In this document: one piece after another, positions 57,680 through 64,000 of the stretch
Layout of the letters: each line of letters begins with the position of its first letter
Position numbering within the stretch: the stretch's first letter is position 1
Assembly: GCA_045599365.1 (NCBI GenBank)
Contig: JAZRVS010000032.1
Span: 236-64,235, forward strand
Source of the DNA: Bacteroidales bacterium
GTDB taxonomy: Bacteria > Bacteroidota > Bacteroidia > Bacteroidales > UBA1715
Direction: 5' to 3'
DNA: 64,000 nucleotides
The notes under the pieces: model-generated
Seen by the model: only the letters and a program-made list of their open reading frames with translations
Databases searched by the model: none
What the model was told of the DNA's origin: nothing
Position numbers and translations under genes: made by a program

Positions 57680-57708
57680 GTGCGGCAGCACACTTAAACC
57701 TTTATAAA

Positions 57709-58167
57709 ATGATACACCCTTTAGCCGACTGTAAATGTCCGAATATACCGGAATCCACCAATGTGTGGCAGTTCTGTGTGATTTTCCCCAAGGCTACCAT
57801 AGGGGAAAATTGTAACATCTGCTCCCATTGTCTCATCGAGAATAAAGCTGTTATTGGAAACAATTGCGTTATCAAGTGTGGCGTACAGATTTGGGACGGA
57901 ATCACGCTTGAAGACAATGTAATGATAGGAGCCAATGTCTCCTTTACCAACGATATGTACCCAAGGGCTCACAATAAAGATTGGAAGATGTTACCGACTC
58001 GTGTTTGCAAAGGCGCAAGCATAGGTGCTGGTGCAACGATACTTCCAGGTCTAACCATTGGCGAAGGGGCTATGGTTGGTGCCGGATCTGTTGTAACCAA
58101 AGACGTCCCTGCCGGCGAAATGTGGGCTGGTAATCCTGCAAGGTTCATGAAGAAAGTTGAAAAGTAA
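57709..58167 (+). CDS. hexapeptide N-acetyltransferase, FdtC/QdtC (WxcM C-terminal)-like
   Basis: LbH repeats ([44 protein letters not shown]), in context with fdtA-like and aminotransferase genes. Confidence 0.75.
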   Translation: MIHPLADCKCPNIPESTNVWQFCVIFPKATIGENCNICSHCLIENKAVIGNNCVIKCGVQIWDGITLEDNVMIGANVSFTNDMYPRAHNKDWKMLPTRVCKGASIGAGATILPGLTIGEGAMVGAGSVVTKDVPAGEMWAGNPARFMKKVEK

Positions 58168-58171
58168 AGAG

Positions 58172-59323
58172 ATGATACCTTTCCTTTCATTAAAAGACGT
58201 TACCGCTCTTCACGGTGCGGAAATCAATGAGGTCGTAACTCGTGTCGTGAACAACGGTTGGTATCTTCAAGGAGTTGAAAACGAGAAGTTCGAGAAAAAC
58301 TATGCCGACTACATCGGCACAAAATACGCCATCGGTTGTGCAAACGGTCTGGATGCCCTCATCTGGATATTCCGTGCGTACATCGAGATGGGCGTGATGA
58401 AGCCAGGTGATGAGGTGATAGTTCCTGCAAACACCTACATAGCAACCGTTCTTGCTATCACGGAGAACGGTCTTGTACCTGTGCTTTGCGAGCCGAAGCT
58501 TAATACTCTTGAGATTGATGATGACCTGATAGAAGACCTCATCACTCCGAAGACAAAGGCCATTGCGGTTGTGCATCTCTATGGACGCATTGCCATTACT
58601 CCTAAGATTCTGGAACTTTGCAAGAAGTACAATCTGAAACTTGTGGAGGACAATGCTCAGGCTCACGGATGCGTATATGCTCCTACCGGTCAAAGGACTG
58701 GAAGCATTGGTCACGCTGCTGGTCATAGCTTCTATCCCGGGAAGAACCTTGGTGCTCTTGGTGATGGTGGTGCTGTTACCACCAATGATCCCGAACTGGC
58801 AGCAGCCGTTCGTGCATTGGCGAACTATGGCTCTTACAGGAAATACGTGTTCAAATACACTGGCCGAAACAGCCGTTTGGACGAAATCCAGGCAGCAGTT
58901 CTTGATGTCAAGCTCAAGTATCTGGAAGAGGACAATGCAAAGCGCAAGGCAGTGGCTCACTACTACTATGAGCATATCAACAATCCTTTGATTACCCTTC
59001 CTGACCATCTGCCTGATGAGCAGTGTGCTTATCATCTCTTCCCAATTATCGTTCATGACCCTTCCCTTTCGGGAGGGGACGGGGGTAGGCTTCGTGACCG
59101 TTTGCACGACTATCTGGCAGATAATGGTGTGGGTACTGTGATTCATTATCCTATTGCTCCTCATAAGCAGGAGTGTTATGCGAAAGAGTCGTGGAATGTT
59201 CCTCAACTGTCTTTGCCAATAACGGAGAAGATTGCCGTTGAGGAGTTGAGTCTGCCTATCGGGCCGGCAATTACGATAGAGGAAGTGAAGGAAGTCGTCA
59301 ATTTACTTAATCTTTTCGTATAA
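58172..59323 (+). CDS. DegT/DnrJ/EryC1/StrS-family sugar aminotransferase (FdtB/QdtB-like)
   Basis: MIPFLSLKD...GWYLQG...HLYGR...[15 protein letters not shown] (PLP-lysine region). Confidence 0.9.
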   Translation: MIPFLSLKDVTALHGAEINEVVTRVVNNGWYLQGVENEKFEKNYADYIGTKYAIGCANGLDALIWIFRAYIEMGVMKPGDEVIVPANTYIATVLAITENGLVPVLCEPKLNTLEIDDDLIEDLITPKTKAIAVVHLYGRIAITPKILELCKKYNLKLVEDNAQAHGCVYAPTGQRTGSIGHAAGHSFYPGKNLGALGDGGAVTTNDPELAAAVRALANYGSYRKYVFKYTGRNSRLDEIQAAVLDVKLKYLEEDNAKRKAVAHYYYEHINNPLITLPDHLPDEQCAYHLFPIIVHDPSLSGGDGGRLRDRLHDYLADNGVGTVIHYPIAPHKQECYAKESWNVPQLSLPITEKIAVEELSLPIGPAITIEEVKEVVNLLNLFV

Positions 59324-59333
59324 GATAGCAGTA

Positions 59334-60875
59334 ATGACCGATCAATTATCCAGTTCGAAACGTTTGGCGAAGAACACCCTGATGTTATACTTCAGGATGA
59401 TCCTCACAACAGTTGTAAGTCTCTATACCAGCAGAGTTGTTCTTCAGACACTCGGAGTATCAGACTATGGCCTATACAGTGTGGTCGGTGGTTTTGTCTC
59501 TATGCAGGGGGTACTGAACTCACTTTTTATCAGTTCCACCCAACGATATATGGCCTTTGCATTAGGCAAAGGAGAGCAAAGTCAAGTAGAACGGGTGTTT
59601 TCAAATTCTGTGGTTATTCAACTATGTATTGCAGGCATTGTATTTATTGTTGCAGAGACTTTTGGTTTATGGTTCGTCAACAACAAGTTGGTAATTGAAC
59701 CGACAAGAATGGTGGCGGCAAACTGGGTATATCAGGCTGCCGTTCTCTCAATGGTCATCAATATCATTAGCATACCATACAATTCCTGTATCATTGCCCA
59801 TGAGCATATGGATATTTATGCCTATGTGAGTATTATTGATGTGCTAATGCGTTTGGGTATCGTATTTTTGATTCAGATAATTCCCTTCGACAAACTCATA
59901 TCGTATTCGATACTTTTAGTGATGGTTGCGGTAACAATTCGTCTCTGCTACACCATATATAGCAAAAGGAAATTTGAGGAATGCCGGACAAAGAACCATT
60001 TCAGGAAGTTTGACAAACCATTGTTCAAAGAAATGTTCGCTTTTGCAGGATGGAGTTTTCTCGGCTCCATGGGATTCTCTTTTAAGGACCAGTTCTCCAA
60101 TATGATGCAGAATATGTTCTTTGGAACAACTGTCAATGCAGCACGTGGTCTGGCTATGAGGGTGAGTTCTGTAGTGACATCTTTCTCAAACAATTTTATG
60201 ATGGCTTTGAATCCTCAAATTACAAAGCAATACGCATCAGGAGATAAAACACAATATCAGAAATTGGTTTTCACCGGGTCAAGACTATCCTTCTATCTGC
60301 TTTCGATTATCGCAATTCCGGTTTTGACCAACTTAGACTATCTATTAGGGTTATGGTTAGTGGAAGTTCCACAATATACTGACATCTTCATCAATATTTC
60401 GCTTTTTTCAGCCTTGGTTTACTCGTTGTCGCAAGGAACAACGACTGCAATATTTGCGACAGGAAAGATAAAGGCATTTGAGATAGGTATTTCAATAATT
60501 CTTCTTGCTGAATTGCCAATCGGTTATGTGTTGCTAAAATCAGGCTATCCACCTTATGCTGCAATGCTTCCTGCATTTTTGACTCAACCTGCTGGACTTG
60601 TATACCGTTTTATCCTGCTAAAGAAGAATGAACCTTCATTCAGTTATAAGTACTATTTCATCAACATAGTTCTTCGGGCATTTATATTGTTCGCCATAGG
60701 ATATGCGGCTTCCAAATTTATTGCGGATTTGATGGGGCCAAGCATCTGGGGGTTGTTATGCAACGTTGCAATCAGTGTGATGCTATACGCGTCAATTCTC
60801 CTTATCGGTGGGATGGATAAAAACGAGAGGAAAATAATAATTGAGCTCGTAAGAACGAGAGTGGTAAGGGGGTAA
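59334..60875 (+). CDS. wzx: Wzx-type polysaccharide flippase (MOP superfamily)
   Basis: 513 aa, about 12-14 TM helices, N-terminus RLAKNTLMLYFRMILTTVVSLYTSRVVL. Confidence 0.8.
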   Translation: MTDQLSSSKRLAKNTLMLYFRMILTTVVSLYTSRVVLQTLGVSDYGLYSVVGGFVSMQGVLNSLFISSTQRYMAFALGKGEQSQVERVFSNSVVIQLCIAGIVFIVAETFGLWFVNNKLVIEPTRMVAANWVYQAAVLSMVINIISIPYNSCIIAHEHMDIYAYVSIIDVLMRLGIVFLIQIIPFDKLISYSILLVMVAVTIRLCYTIYSKRKFEECRTKNHFRKFDKPLFKEMFAFAGWSFLGSMGFSFKDQFSNMMQNMFFGTTVNAARGLAMRVSSVVTSFSNNFMMALNPQITKQYASGDKTQYQKLVFTGSRLSFYLLSIIAIPVLTNLDYLLGLWLVEVPQYTDIFINISLFSALVYSLSQGTTTAIFATGKIKAFEIGISIILLAELPIGYVLLKSGYPPYAAMLPAFLTQPAGLVYRFILLKKNEPSFSYKYYFINIVLRAFILFAIGYAASKFIADLMGPSIWGLLCNVAISVMLYASILLIGGMDKNERKIIIELVRTRVVRG

Positions 60876-60965
60876 GGGGGTAAGGGTTTAAAGGTTTAAA
60901 GGTTTAAGGGTTTAAGGGTTTAAAAGTTTAAAGGTTTAAAGGTTTAAAGGGTTTAAGGGGTTAAA
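60863..60965 (+). repeat. 8-bp tandem array D (about 12 units; GGTAAGGG variants grading into GGTTTAAA/GGGTTTAA)
   Basis: ggtaagggggtaagggggtaagggtttaaaggtttaaaggtttaagggtttaagggtttaaaagtttaaaggtttaaaggtttaaagggtttaaggggttaaat. It spans the wzx stop and runs to the ATG at 60967. Confidence 0.9.
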
Positions 60966-60966
60966 T

Positions 60967-61986
60967 ATGAAAATAAGTATAATGCTTACCAGTTATAATC
61001 TGGTAGATTACATTGATACTTCAATAGCGAGTGTCGTTAACCAGGAGATGCTTTGCGATTGGGAACTGCTGATAGGCGATGACGGCTCCAACGATGGAAC
61101 TGTCGAGAAAATAAAAGCCTGGATTGAAAAGTACCCGGAGAATATAAAGCTGTTTCAGATACCAAGGGATTTATCCTCCTCAAAGGTGGGCTCACGCGCA
61201 GCAAATAACCGGGCTTTGCTATTGGAGAATGCAACTGGAGACTACTTGAACTATCTTGATGGCGATGACTGCTGGTTGGGAACAGAGAAACTGAAAACTC
61301 AAATCGAAAAGTTGGAAAGTCCTGAATATGCAGAATGCTCCTGTTGCGGCCACAACATTGAAGCATACGTCATACAAGAAAACAGAAGATATGCAATGAT
61401 GCAACCTGTAGATAGAGAATCAATCATTATTCCAAAGTTCAGGTATGAGGGCTCGTGCTATATTCATACGAATACCATAGTGTTCCGTAAGTGCTGCAAG
61501 GAGAAACTTCTGAATTCGCTCTACCGCAACTTTCTCAATGACATATTTATTACATTCCTGATTCTTCAATACGGTCCAATGCTGTATCTACCAAAGGTTT
61601 GGGCGCGTTACAATATGACCGGGAACGGTCTTTGGACCGGTAACAACCCCGTGTATGGATGTTTTCGGAATCTGCAATTGCTTGATTTGAAATTATATGA
61701 GGCCCCTGATTTGAGGAGACGGATATTGCTTTCCCATAGAATGGATGTTGTAAAAATAACGAAGCATTACAAGACGGATGATTTTCCTGTCATTGAACCA
61801 TTGTTTGACAAACTGGATGAAAAGATATTCAAGTATTCTTTCCTGTTTTCCAAAATTTCAAATGTCACCATAATTGACAGAATCGTGAAATTTCGGATGC
61901 TTGTCGAAATGAATTTTCTGTGTTACAAACGTGCTCTTACGACAAAGTTAATCAGTATATTTAGATGCAAATATGAAGGCAAGTGA
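60967..61986 (+). CDS. GT2-family glycosyltransferase
   Basis: ISIMLTSYNLVDYIDTSIASVVNQ...LLIGDDGSNDGT...YLDGDD. Confidence 0.85.
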   Translation: MKISIMLTSYNLVDYIDTSIASVVNQEMLCDWELLIGDDGSNDGTVEKIKAWIEKYPENIKLFQIPRDLSSSKVGSRAANNRALLLENATGDYLNYLDGDDCWLGTEKLKTQIEKLESPEYAECSCCGHNIEAYVIQENRRYAMMQPVDRESIIIPKFRYEGSCYIHTNTIVFRKCCKEKLLNSLYRNFLNDIFITFLILQYGPMLYLPKVWARYNMTGNGLWTGNNPVYGCFRNLQLLDLKLYEAPDLRRRILLSHRMDVVKITKHYKTDDFPVIEPLFDKLDEKIFKYSFLFSKISNVTIIDRIVKFRMLVEMNFLCYKRALTTKLISIFRCKYEGK

Positions 61987-63178
61987 ATGCATAGATAATA
62001 TCCTGAAACCCTTCAGTGGTGACGGTTGGCAGGTGAATTTCCTGGTATCAATGGTATGGGGTGCGGTAATCGTAACTTATCTGAATGCCATTTTTATCAG
62101 GCTGCCATTTTATGACGTTGTCTGGCAATATATAATCCCTGCATTGTACATCACCGTCATAGCATTGTGCTCAGGGCATTTCATAAAATTGCTGTCACCA
62201 GGTGACTATCTGTTCTGGGGTTTTCTTTCACTGGTGTATTTTGCCTATTATTTGTTTGGGCCAGACCGGAATGCCAGTTATATGCAGGAATACATGCCCG
62301 CCTTTTTTTTGACGGTGACATCTTATTATTTCATGGGGAAAGTTGTCGATGACGATGTGTTCGATATGTTGTACTGGCTGTCGATATTGACGATATTCCT
62401 AAGGGTTGTTTCTACATTTATCACTCACAGTTTTGCAGAGGCTGTTCTGTCAAACGACACTCAGGAATTTCAAGGTCAGGCCTACGAATTGCTGGTTTTC
62501 TCCCTGTTTGTTTTATGGTACCTGCTCAAAAAATTCAACATCGTATCCTTATTGTTCTCTGTTTTAAGTATATCTGTTCTGTTCGCCTTTGGTTGCAGGG
62601 GTGCCATACTTTGTGTGGTTTCTTTCATTATCTTATACCTGTTGCTGGTCAAAAGATTGATTCGGAATGTACCGTTGTTGATAATATGTCTTTCTGTATG
62701 CGGTATCTGCGTCCTGTTTGCCAATCAGATAATCACGGGTACGAGTGCAGTAATGGAAAACCTTGGTTTCAGCACCCGCATTTTTGATTTTTATTTAGAT
62801 GATGATATTTTGAATGACACGGGAAGGGATCGGATTCGAACGCTATTGTTTGATGAATTGCAGGAGCATCAATTCGGACTTGGAATATGCGGGGCTCAAG
62901 GTGCGATAGGGTCATATTCACACAATTTTATACTCGAGTTCATAGTATCTTTCGGATGGGTGTTTGGAAGTTTGATTTGCGTGGGTGTGTTCTTTATTTT
63001 GTTCAAGGGATTCAATGCCTGCGCCAATGATGAACAGCGGGGATTTTTTCTCGTTCTATTCTGTGAGTCAGTTATTCACCTGTTTGTGTCGGATATAGTT
63101 TGGAAGGAACAATTCTTTTATATGCTATTAGGTTATTGTGCAATGTTGATTGGCCGGCAAAAGGATTTAAAGGTTTAA
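61973..63178 (+). CDS. wzy: Wzy-like O-antigen/capsule polymerase (polytopic membrane protein)
   Basis: 401 aa, about 10 TM helices, a loop with GICGAQGAIGSYSHNFILE, and placement next to wzx and GTs. Confidence 0.6.
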   Translation: MKASECIDNILKPFSGDGWQVNFLVSMVWGAVIVTYLNAIFIRLPFYDVVWQYIIPALYITVIALCSGHFIKLLSPGDYLFWGFLSLVYFAYYLFGPDRNASYMQEYMPAFFLTVTSYYFMGKVVDDDVFDMLYWLSILTIFLRVVSTFITHSFAEAVLSNDTQEFQGQAYELLVFSLFVLWYLLKKFNIVSLLFSVLSISVLFAFGCRGAILCVVSFIILYLLLVKRLIRNVPLLIICLSVCGICVLFANQIITGTSAVMENLGFSTRIFDFYLDDDILNDTGRDRIRTLLFDELQEHQFGLGICGAQGAIGSYSHNFILEFIVSFGWVFGSLICVGVFFILFKGFNACANDEQRGFFLVLFCESVIHLFVSDIVWKEQFFYMLLGYCAMLIGRQKDLKV

Positions 63179-63209
63179 AGGTTTAAAGGTTTAAAGGTTT
63201 AAAAGTTTA
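63161..63209 (+). repeat. 8-bp tandem array E (6 units)
   Basis: aaggatttaaaggtttaaaggtttaaaggtttaaaggtttaaaagttta. It includes the last 5 codons (KDLKV) and the TAA of the wzy-like gene. Confidence 0.9.
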
Positions 63210-63215
63210 TTTGAT

Positions 63216-64000
63216 ATGGACAAACCTCTTGTAACAATCGGTGTGGTTTCATACAACTCGGCTGGCACTATAGTCGAGACACTTGAAAGCGTGAAAGACC
63301 AGACTTATGGGAATATAGAACTGATAATATCTGATGATGCATCCAAGGATAACACCGTAGAGGTATGCCGTGATTGGCTTGAAAGAAATGCATCGCGTTT
63401 TTCAAGAGTGGAGTTAATCACAACAGACGTAAATACAGGCACTTGCGGAAACTGCGACAGGCTTCTTGAAAAAACAACCGGGCTGTGGTTGCGCATTTTG
63501 GCTGCGGATGACATATTGTTCGCTACAGCTGTCGGAAAATTCATTGAATATGCTGCTGCCAATCCGGAGGCTCAGTGGATTTTTTCGAAAGCAAAGTGCT
63601 ATAAGCATTCATTCAAAAAGGATAATTATCTGCCGGAAAGAAATCGTCACTATCTGTTATCAAAGTTTCCTGCATTTTTTACATTATCTGCAAGAGAACA
63701 ATACTTGAAACTTATTCATATTAACGTATTGTACCCGCCGGCAGATATTGTCCTGACAGATGCTCTTCGAAACGTCGGAGGCTTCGAGGCGAAATACGGT
63801 TTGAACGAAGATATTGTCAAGGGTATCAAACTCAGCAAGGCGGGAATCAAGTGCCATTTATTAGACGATTACACAATGGGGTATCGTATGGGAGAAAGCA
63901 ATGTCTGCTCAAATACAACACGCTTGTTCAATCTCAAAAGCCTTGAAAGTTCCTTATCGATTCGGAAAGGATTGTGCTGGGACGATACTCCATGGAATCT
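63216..64000 (+). CDS. GT2-family glycosyltransferase, 5' part (continues beyond window end)
   Basis: Own translation from the ATG at 63216: MDKPLVTIGVVSYNSAGTIVETLESVKDQTYGNIELIISDDASKDNTVEVC...LAADD. The frame is open to base 64000. Confidence 0.8.
   Translation, partial: MDKPLVTIGVVSYNSAGTIVETLESVKDQTYGNIELIISDDASKDNTVEVCRDWLERNASRFSRVELITTDVNTGTCGNCDRLLEKTTGLWLRILAADDILFATAVGKFIEYAAANPEAQWIFSKAKCYKHSFKKDNYLPERNRHYLLSKFPAFFTLSAREQYLKLIHINVLYPPADIVLTDALRNVGGFEAKYGLNEDIVKGIKLSKAGIKCHLLDDYTMGYRMGESNVCSNTTRLFNLKSLESSLSIRKGLCWDDTPWN

Noticed and set aside
58190-59206. 338-aa ORF on the minus strand
   Set aside because: It is fully antisense to the strongly recognisable DegT-family aminotransferase. 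The translation is low-complexity and motif-free, and long antisense ORFs are expected in the GC-richer island.
60863-60965. Possible CRISPR array or telomere-like repeat
   Set aside because: The units are only about 8 bp and directly abut with no spacers, and there are no cas genes. This is a simple tandem repeat, not a CRISPR array, and a chromosomal internal position argues against any telomere role.
48592-64000. Glycan island as an integrative or conjugative element
   Set aside because: No integrase, transposase, tRNA target, or conjugation or mobilisation genes are present in the window. The content is purely glycan biosynthesis.

Overview
This window looks like a Bacteroidota chromosome, probably Bacteroidales-like. 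Supporting signs are a SusC-type receptor, TAnnTTTG promoter motifs, a T9SS type-B sorting domain, a PPi-dependent PFK and a UpxY antiterminator. It has two parts.

(1) Bases 1 to about 48.6 kb are a very AT-rich housekeeping backbone. It carries queA-surE-lpxB-ruvX, a TonB receptor/DUF3108 pair, a small surface-glycan cluster (GT4, O-antigen-ligase-like, Wzz-like), pheT and a short UvrA paralogue. It also carries an SPFH protein, a 1600-aa PKD-repeat T9SS substrate and a four-gene glycogen operon (debranching enzyme, GT4 synthase, GH57, phosphorylase). The remainder is thrS-infC-rpmI-rplT, dapB, pfp, an MMPL transporter, a polyprenyl synthase, bamD, rpoZ-like and a frameshifted coaBC.

(2) Bases about 48.8 to 64 kb are a visibly more GC-rich, single-strand, tightly packed capsular/O-antigen-type polysaccharide locus led by a UpxY-family NusG paralogue.

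The most unusual signals sit in or around that locus:
- Five arrays of an 8-bp tandem repeat (about AGGTTTAA) lie exactly at gene junctions. They supply stop and start codons and divide the 3' half into functional modules.
- A four-helix-bundle (23S-IVS/Avd-like) gene is bracketed by oppositely oriented arrays and splits an fdtA/fdtC/fdtB aminosugar module.
- A GT4 glycosyltransferase has a sequence order that looks circularly permuted.
- A 458-aa radical-SAM protein occupies the slot right after upxY.

In the backbone I also see a structured ~150-bp intergenic repeat in three copies, and a 7-bp post-stop-codon tandem repeat family at two loci. No rRNA, tRNA, CRISPR, transposase or integrase is detectable. 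All functional calls rest on motif recognition in the supplied translations, because no database search was possible.
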